DNA of 64,000 nucleotides from an uncultured Treponema sp. (lineage in GTDB: Bacteria; Spirochaetota; Spirochaetia; Treponematales; Treponemataceae), in contig CASGBA010000010.1 in assembly GCA_949299755.1 (NCBI GenBank), forward strand, positions 269-64,268. The letters run 5' to 3'. The notes beneath the pieces are model-generated. The model made no database searches, was not told the DNA's origin, and saw only the letters and a list, made by a program, of their open reading frames with translations. A program made the position numbers and the translations under genes. Shown here in pieces: positions 1 to 9,255 of the stretch (its first letter is position 1; the number at the start of each line of letters is the position of its first letter).

Positions 1-1295
1 AACATGTCACGAATCGCGAGGTGTTAATGTACATAGTGGGAATCGATATAGCAAAAAAATCCCATCAAGCAGCCATAATGAATAAAAACGGATCATTGTT
101 GGAGAAGTCTTTCCGGTTCCCCAATTCCAGGGAAGGATTTGATTTTTTAATGTCAAAAATTGCCGCCGTGGACAGTGATTTAAATAATTTTGAATTCGGA
201 ATGGAGGCAACAGGTCATTACTGGTTGAATCTTTATACATGGCTTGCGGAAAAAAAAGTTGTGATTCATGTCATAAATCCGCTTCAGTCTGATGCCCTTC
301 GTAACCTCTATCTTCGTAGAACAAAAACAGATTCTGTTGATGCGAAAATAATTGCGCAAGTTATTAGAATCGGACAATATTCAGAAACAAAACTTGCGGA
401 TGACAATATGCTTGCAATGCGTGATTTGTGCCGGCAGCGGTTTTTTCTGGTGGATATCATGGCGGATTTGAAGCGCAAGATAATCGTAATGATGGACAGG
501 ATTTTTCCGGAGTATCAGGGTTTTTTTTCGGACACTTTCGGAAAAGCTTCAGCGCAGGTTTTAAAAAACTGTAATACACCGGAGGAAATTGTCTCCATGG
601 GAATTGATAACCTGACGGAACTTTTACGTTCCGCCAGTAACGGAAGATTCCGGAAAGATAAAGCCATGGATTTGATAAAATTGGCGGAAAATTCTTTCGC
701 CGCGCGGCTTTCCTCAAACACTCTTTCACTTCTTGTGAAACAGATGATGGAGCAAATTGAACTGGTGGAAAAGCAGACTTCATTTTTGGAAAAGATTATA
801 GCGCAGAAGTTTGAATCTTTTGACACAAAAATAACCCAGATCCCCGGTATCGGGCCTGTATTGGGTGCTTCCATCCTAAGTGAAATAGGTGATATAAATC
901 GGTTTGCTTCCCCGAAAAAGCTTGTGGCTTATGCAGGAATAGATCCTTCTGTCACCCAATCCGGTCAATTTACAGGGACGGAAAACCATATGTCAAAAAG
1001 GGGATCATCGTATTTAAGGCGTTCCCTGTGGGTGGCGGCTTTTGTGGCGGTGAATCATAACAAGGAAATCATTCAAATTTACAGGAATAAAACCGCGGAA
1101 GGAAAAAGCCATTTTCAGGCTATGGGCTTTGTGTGTCATAAGCTTTTGAACATAGTTTATGCTGTATTGAAAAACAATACCGATTACAATCCGCAAATAC
1201 TCAATGTGGAAATAAATCCGGAAAAAGATACTGCAAAAAATCTGGCCGCTATTGCTCTGGGGAATAAACAGGGCGTAACAATAGTTTCCGTTTAA
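1..1295 (+). mobile_element. IS110-family insertion sequence (left end may lie outside the window; right boundary not resolvable from one copy)
   Basis: Contains one transposase ORF of IS110 type. This family typically lacks terminal inverted repeats, so the ends cannot be read directly. The transposase stop shares a TTAA with the stop of the convergent neighbour gene. Confidence 0.65.
27..1295 (+). CDS. IS110 family transposase
   Basis: N-terminus MYIVGIDIAKKSH (DEDD/RuvC-like IS110 signature). C-terminal motif IPGIGPVLGASILSEIGDINRF...AYAGIDPS...SG. ATG at 27 is preceded by GAGG at 17-20; the ORF track starts at GTG 21. Confidence 0.9.
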   Translation: MYIVGIDIAKKSHQAAIMNKNGSLLEKSFRFPNSREGFDFLMSKIAAVDSDLNNFEFGMEATGHYWLNLYTWLAEKKVVIHVINPLQSDALRNLYLRRTKTDSVDAKIIAQVIRIGQYSETKLADDNMLAMRDLCRQRFFLVDIMADLKRKIIVMMDRIFPEYQGFFSDTFGKASAQVLKNCNTPEEIVSMGIDNLTELLRSASNGRFRKDKAMDLIKLAENSFAARLSSNTLSLLVKQMMEQIELVEKQTSFLEKIIAQKFESFDTKITQIPGIGPVLGASILSEIGDINRFASPKKLVAYAGIDPSVTQSGQFTGTENHMSKRGSSYLRRSLWVAAFVAVNHNKEIIQIYRNKTAEGKSHFQAMGFVCHKLLNIVYAVLKNNTDYNPQILNVEINPEKDTAKNLAAIALGNKQGVTIVSV

Positions 1296-2203
1296 TTGGT
1301 GAATTCTTTACGTCCCAAGGGAGTGCCTATCCAAACCCCTTCCGCTCCCAGATATTCCCTTCTCTGGCCGTCAATAAGGAACTGCACTGAAGTTACTGTG
1401 GGGAAAGTGGTGGCGGTAAAGACAATCTGTGAAAGCTGGGCCAGGTAACCTTCAATCCCGTATTGGTTGAACTGGAATTCCTCACTGAGATTGAGGGTTG
1501 CGGTTCCATCCTTGACCACAGCGGATAGAAGCCTTGTCCCGTCCGGAATCAAGGAAATTAATCCGCGTTTCTTTTCACTGTCCGAAGGCCCTTCAAAAAG
1601 AGCTGTCAGGGCATCGGCCAGTGGAGAGTCGGATTTTGGAATATCCTTTACAACCTCCTGCCGCAAAACCCTGCCCTCTGAGTCAATGGAAACAAAATAC
1701 AGCCGCTGCTTTCTCATGGGGACAACAACAGCCGGCTTTTGGGAAGAAGCGGTTTCGCTGTCTGTTTCTTTTTCACTGTTTGAATTCTCTTTCACTGGAG
1801 ACGGCTTTTCCTGTTCTTTTTCCCGTCCTCCGGTGGATTCTCCTGTTTCCTCCGGCGAAGTCAGCTCGGTTATGTCATTTTGCCTTGGTTTTTCCTGTTC
1901 CGGTTCACTCCGTTCTCCACCGGAAGGCTCCTGCCGGGATTCTCCCCCGTTGTTTTCTGCCTTTTTGTCTTCAGGTTCAGGCTGGATTTTAAGATGAAGA
2001 TCCCCGTCTTCCCTTGTCTGAGGGGTTAAATTGGGTCCACGTTCAATATCTTCTTTTTTATTAAAAAAACCGGATTCTTCCAAACTACGCAGTGCCCCGG
2101 CAATATTGTTTTTGTTTATAAAAAAAAGCACAAAAACAAGCAGTATAAATGCAATCCAAAAAATGCAGCCGAAAGGAGCCTGCTTTTTTTTCTTTTCAGC
2201 CAT
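1292..2203 (-). CDS. Membrane-anchored GerMN-domain protein with an acidic/Ser-rich linker
   Basis: N-terminal TM helix (FGCIFWIAFILLVFVLFFI), then a low-complexity E/S/K-rich region. The C-terminal segment is GerMN-like (LYFVSIDSEGRVLRQEV...LADALTALFEGP...TATLNLSEEF...VQFLIDGQ). Confidence 0.7.
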   Translation of the reverse strand: MAEKKKKQAPFGCIFWIAFILLVFVLFFINKNNIAGALRSLEESGFFNKKEDIERGPNLTPQTREDGDLHLKIQPEPEDKKAENNGGESRQEPSGGERSEPEQEKPRQNDITELTSPEETGESTGGREKEQEKPSPVKENSNSEKETDSETASSQKPAVVVPMRKQRLYFVSIDSEGRVLRQEVVKDIPKSDSPLADALTALFEGPSDSEKKRGLISLIPDGTRLLSAVVKDGTATLNLSEEFQFNQYGIEGYLAQLSQIVFTATTFPTVTSVQFLIDGQRREYLGAEGVWIGTPLGRKEFTN

Positions 2204-2266
2204 ATTTCCATAATACGCATAAATACAATGGTATGCAAGGCTGATTTTTTATTTTATACTATAAGC

Positions 2267-4048
2267 ATGAGTCCAGAATGCAAAAGCCTCCGGGGTTCCC
2301 CCGTTTCGCCGGGAACCGTTTACGGAGAAATTTCCACGGTTATAGAAGAATCTTCCTTCGAGATTCCCCGGCGAAGTATCCCAGCCGGGCAAATTGAGGA
2401 GGAATGGAAGCGTTTTGAGGATGCTGTGCAGGTTGCGGAAAAGGAAATCAAAGAGCTTCAGGCGGGAGGAGGAAAAACCCAGGATGAAATTCTGGGAGCC
2501 CAACTTTTGATGCTTGCGGATCCTGAATTTCTCCCTCTCGTGAGAAATGAGCTTGAATCAAAATGTATAAATATCGAATATGCCTTGCAATCCTGTATAG
2601 GTTCCGTTACAACTTTTTTGCGGTCCGCGGGAAATGATTTTCTGGCTTCCCGCGCCACTGATATCGAGGACGCTTTCGGCCGTGTTATGCGTAAGCTTTT
2701 GGGGGGATGCTGTCAGGGAAATTGTCCTGTTTCCGGTGCGGCGGACAACGGTTGCCTTTTTTGTTCCTTTTCAGGGAAAATATTGGTTGCGAAGAATATT
2801 TCGCCGTCTTATGCCGTTACGCTGAAAAATTCTGGAATCGCAGCCATTGTGCTGGAAGAGGGCGGCCCTGCATGCCATGTGGCGATTTTAGCCCGTAGTT
2901 GGAATATACCGGCGGTTGTCGGGGTCCGTGGACTTTTTGATGCCGTCGGCGGGGATTTTTCAGGTATGCGAATGCTCGTGGACGGGCGGGCAGGAGTTGT
3001 TTTTATTAATCCGGCTGAAAAGGACGCCGAGGACTATATTAGGACTGAAAAAGAGAAAGAATCCGTCCGTATACCAGGAGGAAAAATGATTTCAAAGACT
3101 TCAGACGGGGTTCCTTTTACCCTGATGGCGAATATAGCGGCTCCCGATGATTGCGCCGCTGTTTTCAGTTATGGTGCCGCCGGAGTCGGCTTGTTCCGCT
3201 CTGAATTCCTGTTTCTCCAGAACGACTCATTTTCCATGCCGGATGAAGAAATCCAGTTTGAAGCTTATTCCACAGTGGCGAATGCCATGGGCGGTCTTCC
3301 TGTTACAATACGTACTCTGGATGTGGGAGGAGATAAATCCCTTCCTTCCCAAATAGCGTTGAAGGAGAAAAACCCTCTCCTTGGTTGGCGAGCCCTGAGG
3401 TTTTGTCTGGAAGAAAAGGAAATATTTCAAAGTCAGCTGCGTGCGGTTTTAAGGGCTTCGGCTTTCGGGGATGTGCGGATAATGTTTCCCATGGTTGCAA
3501 CCCTTACCGAGTTGGAAGATGCATTAGCCGCATTGGAACAGGCGAAGGCATCTTGCCGCAGGGACGGGTTAAAATTCAATGAAGATATAAAAACCGGTGT
3601 TATGATTGAGATACCCTCCGCTGCTGTTTGTGCAGATCTTATGGCCCAACGTGTTTCGTTCATGTCTGTTGGAAGTAATGATTTAATTCAGTACACGGTG
3701 GCGGCTGACAGAGAGAATTCAAAGGTTTCGTATCTTTATAATTGTTTTGACCCGGCAGTTCTCCGGCTGATAAAATATGTGATAGATTCGGGGAAAAAGC
3801 ACGGGACAGATGTTTCTGTATGTGGTGAAATGGGCGGTAATCCGGCATCAGCCTGTCTTTTATTCGGTATGGGACTGCGAAAATTCAGCATGTCGGTCTC
3901 CCTCATTGAACAGGTGGACGCCGCGCTGGCCTCTTTTTCATCATCAAAACTGGAGCAGGTGGCGGAAGATGCTTTAAAAGCATCTTCCGCAAAAGATGTG
4001 GAAGCCGTCCTGGAAAAAGAATTGGGCGGAGTTTGTCCTGTTTTATGA
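2267..4048 (+). CDS. ptsI: Phosphoenolpyruvate-protein phosphotransferase (PTS enzyme I)
   Basis: GSPVSPGTVYGEI N-terminus. Phospho-histidine region GGPACHVAILARSWNIPAVVG. PEP-utiliser C-terminal motifs IRTLDVGGDK, MFPMV, SVGSNDLIQY, VCGEMGG. Start at ATG 2267 (MSPECK...) is preferred over ATG 2228. Confidence 0.9.
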   Translation: MSPECKSLRGSPVSPGTVYGEISTVIEESSFEIPRRSIPAGQIEEEWKRFEDAVQVAEKEIKELQAGGGKTQDEILGAQLLMLADPEFLPLVRNELESKCINIEYALQSCIGSVTTFLRSAGNDFLASRATDIEDAFGRVMRKLLGGCCQGNCPVSGAADNGCLFCSFSGKILVAKNISPSYAVTLKNSGIAAIVLEEGGPACHVAILARSWNIPAVVGVRGLFDAVGGDFSGMRMLVDGRAGVVFINPAEKDAEDYIRTEKEKESVRIPGGKMISKTSDGVPFTLMANIAAPDDCAAVFSYGAAGVGLFRSEFLFLQNDSFSMPDEEIQFEAYSTVANAMGGLPVTIRTLDVGGDKSLPSQIALKEKNPLLGWRALRFCLEEKEIFQSQLRAVLRASAFGDVRIMFPMVATLTELEDALAALEQAKASCRRDGLKFNEDIKTGVMIEIPSAAVCADLMAQRVSFMSVGSNDLIQYTVAADRENSKVSYLYNCFDPAVLRLIKYVIDSGKKHGTDVSVCGEMGGNPASACLLFGMGLRKFSMSVSLIEQVDAALASFSSSKLEQVAEDALKASSAKDVEAVLEKELGGVCPVL

Positions 4049-4059
4049 TGTAAGGATTA

Positions 4060-5595
4060 ATGCGTTTTAAAATGAAAAAAGACAAAGATTTTGAAAATGT
4101 TGCCGTTGACCTGGATTTTACCGGAACCGCCGGAGCACCCGGGGATGACGGGGAAAATCCTTCTGGGGAAATCTTTGATGAGGAGTTGCACTATAAAAAT
4201 CTTCCTTTGGTTGTTATTGCCGGAAGACCCAACGTCGGCAAGTCAACCCTTTTCAACCGCTTCTTACATCGAAGGCGTGCGATAACCGATCCACGCCCTG
4301 GTGTTACAAGGGATCCCATAGAAGAAACCGCCTTTATTTGTGGTAAGCCTGTCCGTCTTATGGATACCGGGGGTTTTAAACTTGACCACGGTGCAAAGGG
4401 GAGTCCTTCCGGCAAACCTTTAAGCAAGGGCGCCAGGGCTTCCGGTTTGACGGATGAGGCGGAGATGGATTCGCTGGTTGTTTCTAAAACGAAGGAAGCT
4501 TTGAAAAAAGCTGATGCGGTTGTTCTTCTTTTGGAAGCCGGGGAATTTACGGCGGAAGATGAGGAATTTATTTCTCTTCTCAGGCCTTACTGGGATAAGC
4601 TTATTGCCGCTGTAAATAAAACTGAAGGCGGACGTCGTGAAGCGGAAGCATGGAATTTTCTTTCTCTGGGGTTTAAACGCATTTTTTTCATAAGCGCTGA
4701 GCATGGGGATAATATTTCTGACTTGGCTGAAGCTTTGGTCGCCTCACTTGATTTTTCGGCAGTGGAGGAGGATTCTTCCGATGAACCTGTAAAAATCGCG
4801 ATAGTTGGAAAACCTAATACGGGCAAGTCAACGCTGGCTAACTTGTTGACGGGACAGGAGCTTTCGATTGTCTCTGATATTGCCGGTACTACAAGGGATG
4901 TGGTTGAAGGCTGCTTTGTATTTAAAAACAAACAATTCAAGGTTTTGGATACGGCAGGAATAAGACGGCGCAGCCGTGTCAGCGAAAACATAGAATATTA
5001 CTCCGTAAACAGGGCTATAAAAACAATTAAAAGCGCGGATGTGGTTTTTCACATGATAGATGCCCAGGAAGGTTTGTCTGACCAGGATAAAAAAATCATC
5101 GCTCATGCCTGTGAAGTAGGCGCAGGTGTAATTTTTGTTTTGAATAAATGGGACACCATGTCTCCCGGTAAAAAAACTTTCAAGGATGCTGTGCGTGATA
5201 TAAAAGTGATGTTCGGGATAATGGAATATGCGCCTGTTGTATCTCTGTCAGCTTTGAAGGGTGAGGGAGTGGAAACCCTTCTCCAAACTGCCTTGGAGTT
5301 GTACAGCCAGCTTTCCCGGCGGATTGAAACTTCCGCCTTAAATATGGCTTTGCAGGATTGGCTTGCGGCTTTCCCTCCGCCGCAAAGTAAAAACGGACGG
5401 TTTAAGTTGCGTTATATTGTGCAAGCCCAGACTAATCCCGTTAAATTCATTCTTTTTGCCACAAAGCCGGAAGCGGTTTCCGGACAGTATATTTCGTACC
5501 TTACGAACCGGATCAGGAAGGATTTGGGTTTCCCGAAAATACCTGTTTTGATAGAAGTAAAGGGCAGCCGTCGTAAATGGGAAAAACAGAAATGA
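4060..5595 (+). CDS. der: Ribosome biogenesis GTPase Der (EngA), two G-domains plus KH-like C-terminus
   Basis: Two P-loops (GRPNVGKSTLFNR and GKPNTGKSTLANLL), DTGG/DTAG G3 motifs and NKTE/NKWD G4 motifs. Confidence 0.9.
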   Translation: MRFKMKKDKDFENVAVDLDFTGTAGAPGDDGENPSGEIFDEELHYKNLPLVVIAGRPNVGKSTLFNRFLHRRRAITDPRPGVTRDPIEETAFICGKPVRLMDTGGFKLDHGAKGSPSGKPLSKGARASGLTDEAEMDSLVVSKTKEALKKADAVVLLLEAGEFTAEDEEFISLLRPYWDKLIAAVNKTEGGRREAEAWNFLSLGFKRIFFISAEHGDNISDLAEALVASLDFSAVEEDSSDEPVKIAIVGKPNTGKSTLANLLTGQELSIVSDIAGTTRDVVEGCFVFKNKQFKVLDTAGIRRRSRVSENIEYYSVNRAIKTIKSADVVFHMIDAQEGLSDQDKKIIAHACEVGAGVIFVLNKWDTMSPGKKTFKDAVRDIKVMFGIMEYAPVVSLSALKGEGVETLLQTALELYSQLSRRIETSALNMALQDWLAAFPPPQSKNGRFKLRYIVQAQTNPVKFILFATKPEAVSGQYISYLTNRIRKDLGFPKIPVLIEVKGSRRKWEKQK

Positions 5596-6002
5596 CTCAG
5601 GGATCTGAAACTACCGGGTTTTCTATAGGCCAGGTGGAAAGGATGACAGGCGTTAAAGCATACATTCTCCGCTATTGGGAAGAACAAATACCGCTCATCC
5701 GTCCGAGAAAGGATTCCTTGGGGAAAAGGTTTTATTCCACCAGAGATGTTTCCATCTTATTCAGATTGAAGCATTTGATATACGAAAAAAAATTCACGGC
5801 TAAAGGTGCCGGTGAACAGCTTTTGAGGGAGCTTGCCGGAATTTCTTCCATCCCCGCTGTTTCTTCCATTCAGGAAATACGGAGCGAACTTATGCGTCTC
5901 TACGGAATAGTCAGTTCCGTCAGCGGGGATATTGTCGGAGAACCTTCTACCCCGGGGGAGCTTGCAGAAGATTTAGGTGGGACAGATGAAATACAGAGAT
6001 GA
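5592..6002 (+). CDS. MerR-family transcriptional regulator
   Basis: HTH segment FSIGQVERMTGVKAYILRYWEEQ...RPRKDSLGKRFYSTRDV. ATG 5592 overlaps the der stop as ATGA (5592-5595), suggesting translational coupling. Confidence 0.8.
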   Translation: MTQGSETTGFSIGQVERMTGVKAYILRYWEEQIPLIRPRKDSLGKRFYSTRDVSILFRLKHLIYEKKFTAKGAGEQLLRELAGISSIPAVSSIQEIRSELMRLYGIVSSVSGDIVGEPSTPGELAEDLGGTDEIQR

Positions 6003-7506
6003 TACCTATGACGGGGTAAGGGGTATGTCAGGCCCGCCGGGTTATTCCGGTGAGAAGCCGTTTTACGCTTCCATCCTGAAAAAGAAAAAAAAAGGAAATG
6101 TTTCCGGGCTGGCTGAAAAAAATGTGCAACCCCCGGCGCTTAAGCCGGCTGGGAACCGTAAAGAAAACCCGGAACGAAGTATTCCCGGCAATCTGGATAA
6201 AAAAGGTTGTCCCTTGTCTGCCCATGCGCATTTTTCCTGTTCCGAGGCTGTGTACTCCCCGGTGTCAGATTCCCTTGCCGGGCTTTTAAGCCGTTTCGGG
6301 GATATTGTGCGGGAAGTTTTTCCATTGGACAGGAAAAGGCTTTTTGTTCTCCCAAAAAACATAAATACCCTTTCCCATTTATTGACCGATACCCGCTCTG
6401 ACCGGAGGGTAGGCTATATGAATGATCCGGCAAATATTTCCGCTTATGTGCATTATTTTATGTGGTGGAACCTTGTAAGGTTTTCCAGATTATTTGCCGG
6501 GTTGTTTGCCGGCAGCCGTTTCCCCGACCGGTTTTATGCTGTTGATTTGGGTTCCGGACCTTTAACATCTGTCTGTGCTATGTGGATAGCCTGCCCTGAA
6601 TTGCGTCAAAAAAAAATCACTTGGTATTGTGTTGACATTTCCCGTGACGCTTTGGCTGCCGGTGAAGAAATATTTCTTCGTCTGGCTGCCCTCACAGGAG
6701 GAGAGCCTTGGGAAATTATCCGGGTCAGGGGACCGGCCGGTATTTCTGTCAGGGAAAAAGCCTCGCTTGTAATTTGTGCCAATGTCTTTAACGAAATGTT
6801 TTCTTCAGATTTGGAAAATGAAAAAACAAAAAGTGCCGCTTCCCGCGCTTTTTCCCTTGTGGATGAATATGCCGCCGTGGATTCAAAAATCCTGATTATA
6901 GAACCCGGCAATCCTGAAGGCGGTTCCTTTGTATCCTGGTTCCGTAAAAAAGCTGTTTCCGGAGGTTACAATCCTGTTTCTCCCTGTCCCCATGCCGGAC
7001 GCTGTCCATTTCCGGGCGGCAGGGGAAAAAAGTGGTGTCATTTTGCCTTCCCGGTGGATTATGCTCCGGAAAAATTAAAATCCCTTTCAGAGCAAGCCGG
7101 ATTGTCTAAAGACCGGGCTGTCCTTTCCTTTGTGTGTTTGGAAAAAGTAAGAAGAAAGCTGACGGTGGCTGCCGCAGGAGTTCCGGATATTTCCGGTACA
7201 GCTGAAAATCCGCCGGACATTAAAACCAAGTTTCTTCCTGTCCGTGTTATTTCCGATGGAATAAGATTGCCCGGAGGAAAAACCGGACGCTACGGCTGTT
7301 CCGCAATCGGGATGGTTCTGTTGTCAGGCAGGGATTTCCCGGAACAGGGGAAAAGAGGCGGAAATATGTCTTCCGCAGAATTCCTAAAACAGATTCCCTT
7401 CGGGGCTCTCGTCAATTTGAAATTAAATGATAAAACCAAGGGAGACAATGCCGTGGATTCCAAATCCGGGGCCATTATAATCAACCTTCTGCCCCTGAAA
7501 GCTTGA
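5986..7506 (+). CDS. Rsm22-like SAM-dependent methyltransferase (small ribosomal subunit Rsm22 family)
   Basis: SAM-binding motif AVDLGSGPLT. Cys/His cluster typical of the Rsm22 family: SPCPHAGRCPFPGGRGKKWCHFAF. Overlaps the 3' end of the MerR gene. Confidence 0.6.
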   Translation: MKYRDDTYDGVRGMSGPPGYSGEKPFYASILKKKKKGNVSGLAEKNVQPPALKPAGNRKENPERSIPGNLDKKGCPLSAHAHFSCSEAVYSPVSDSLAGLLSRFGDIVREVFPLDRKRLFVLPKNINTLSHLLTDTRSDRRVGYMNDPANISAYVHYFMWWNLVRFSRLFAGLFAGSRFPDRFYAVDLGSGPLTSVCAMWIACPELRQKKITWYCVDISRDALAAGEEIFLRLAALTGGEPWEIIRVRGPAGISVREKASLVICANVFNEMFSSDLENEKTKSAASRAFSLVDEYAAVDSKILIIEPGNPEGGSFVSWFRKKAVSGGYNPVSPCPHAGRCPFPGGRGKKWCHFAFPVDYAPEKLKSLSEQAGLSKDRAVLSFVCLEKVRRKLTVAAAGVPDISGTAENPPDIKTKFLPVRVISDGIRLPGGKTGRYGCSAIGMVLLSGRDFPEQGKRGGNMSSAEFLKQIPFGALVNLKLNDKTKGDNAVDSKSGAIIINLLPLKA

Positions 7507-8254
7507 GAGGATCCGTTCCGTACAATTTTGCCAATTGATTTCTCAGTGTGTTTAAATCCTTGGGATATGGGGCGGTGCATTCCAGTTTTTCTCCTGTTTC
7601 AGGATGTGTTAATTTCAGTTTGAAGGCATGGAGGACTAGTCTGCTTATGAGGGGCCTTTCTTCAAAGGTATCTCCCCTCCATGAGCGCTTTATCTTTGAA
7701 AGAAAAACCGGTTCATTGTTTCCGTAAAGTGGGTCACAAACAATTGAAAATCCCAACCAGGCTAAATGGGCCCGGATTTGGTGTGTCCTTCCCGTGACCG
7801 GTTTCGCTTCAATCCAACTGAAAGATCCGCAGCTTCCCAAATTTGAAAATTCTGTCACGGCTTTTTTCCCCGCCCTTTTGTCGGCGACCGTCCGGTGGTT
7901 TTTGTCCCCGTCAACCCGCAGGGGAACGTCCACGGTGTATGTTTTCCAGTCCGGTCGCCCGTGGATAAGGGCGTGATAGGTTTTCTCCACCTTCCTGTTT
8001 TCAAAATCCAGGCAGAGTTTTCTGTGGGCGGCGGATGTTAAAGCGTAAACCACCAGTCCGGACGTATCCTTGTCGATTCTATGGACAGCGTAGAGCCTTC
8101 CACCCTCAGGAAAAAGTTCTCCCGCAGCGGCTTTATCCAGACGGGGTGCGTCAGGATTCCATCTGTCCGCCGCCACTGAAAGCCCGGAGGCTTTGCTCAA
8201 AACCACAATGGATTCATCTTTGTATATTACAGAAAAAGGAGTGGTTGTTTTCAT
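7481..8254 (-). CDS. RluA-family pseudouridine synthase
   Basis: Catalytic motif HRIDKDTSGLVVYA and C-terminal GRTHQIRAHLA motif. Confidence 0.85.
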   Translation of the reverse strand: MKTTTPFSVIYKDESIVVLSKASGLSVAADRWNPDAPRLDKAAAGELFPEGGRLYAVHRIDKDTSGLVVYALTSAAHRKLCLDFENRKVEKTYHALIHGRPDWKTYTVDVPLRVDGDKNHRTVADKRAGKKAVTEFSNLGSCGSFSWIEAKPVTGRTHQIRAHLAWLGFSIVCDPLYGNNEPVFLSKIKRSWRGDTFEERPLISRLVLHAFKLKLTHPETGEKLECTAPYPKDLNTLRNQLAKLYGTDPLKLSGAEG

Positions 8255-8270
8255 TGTTTATTCCGCCTAT

Positions 8271-9188
8271 TCAATTTATGGATTCAATATTGAAAGGTGT
8301 TTCCTGATATACAAAGTAATTCAGCCAGTTTACAAACAGCAGGTTTGCATGGGCTCTCCAGCCTACCGGAGGTAGTTCCGAGGGATTATCCCCGGGAAAA
8401 TAATGCTCCGGCACATCTATATTCATACCCTTTTCAATGTCCCTCTGGTATTCTTTCGCCAACGTATCCGCGTCATATTCTGCGTGTCCGGTAACAAAAA
8501 CCCTCCGTCCTTTTTCGCTTTCCACCAGGAATACGCCGGCTTCCTCTGATTCCGCCAGAATTTCCAGTCCGGGATGGGTTTCTATGTCCTTCTTTGAAAT
8601 TGCGGTGTGGCGGCTGTGGGGGGCTTTGAATGTATCGTCAAAACCTCGCACAAGCTTATGCCTCGGGTTTAAAACCCTGTGGTCAAAAATTCCGAAAACT
8701 TTTTTTTCCAAGGTATGTTTTTTTATTCCGTAAAAATGGTATAGGGCGGCTTGGGCGGCCCAGCAAATGAAAAGGGCGCTGTAAACGTGGGTTGAACTCC
8801 AGTCCATTATGGTTTTCAATTCTTCCCAATAATCAACCTGTTCAAAGGGAAGGTTTTCCACGGGAGCTCCTGTTACAATCAATCCGTCAAATTTACTGTC
8901 TTTGACGCTTTCAAAGGTGCGGTAGAAAGTTTTCAAATATTCAATACTTGTATTTGCTGAAACATGGGTTGCCATTGTCAAAAAGGTTATTTCCACTTGC
9001 AAAGGTGTGTTTCCCAGAAGACGCAAAAGCTGGGTTTCAGTAACCTGTTTTGTGGGCATGAGGTTTACAATCGCTATTTTCAGCGGACGGATGTCCTGTG
9101 TTGATGCCCGCCGGTTGTCCATTACGAAAATATTTTCATCAGCTAATGTTTTTGCGGCTGGCAATGCCGCTGGAATTTTTACAGGCAT
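8271..9188 (-). CDS. metA: Homoserine O-acyltransferase MetA (succinyl/acetyl specificity not determinable)
   Basis: MPVKIP...ENIFVM...[15 protein letters not shown]-terminus and a GATase1-like fold with a [10 protein letters not shown] region. Colinear with MetA along the whole length. Confidence 0.9.
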   Translation of the reverse strand: MPVKIPAALPAAKTLADENIFVMDNRRASTQDIRPLKIAIVNLMPTKQVTETQLLRLLGNTPLQVEITFLTMATHVSANTSIEYLKTFYRTFESVKDSKFDGLIVTGAPVENLPFEQVDYWEELKTIMDWSSTHVYSALFICWAAQAALYHFYGIKKHTLEKKVFGIFDHRVLNPRHKLVRGFDDTFKAPHSRHTAISKKDIETHPGLEILAESEEAGVFLVESEKGRRVFVTGHAEYDADTLAKEYQRDIEKGMNIDVPEHYFPGDNPSELPPVGWRAHANLLFVNWLNYFVYQETPFNIESIN

Positions 9189-9255
9189 GGAAACTCCTAT
9201 TTTTCAGTTGATGAGAGTTTATAAAAAATTTGACGTTTTGTCACCAATAATGGAT

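Noticed and set aside
1467-1997. 176-aa and 152-aa ORFs antisense to the GerMN gene linker
   Set aside because: They lie opposite a low-complexity E/S/K-rich coding region, which yields long open antisense frames. No independent signals support them.
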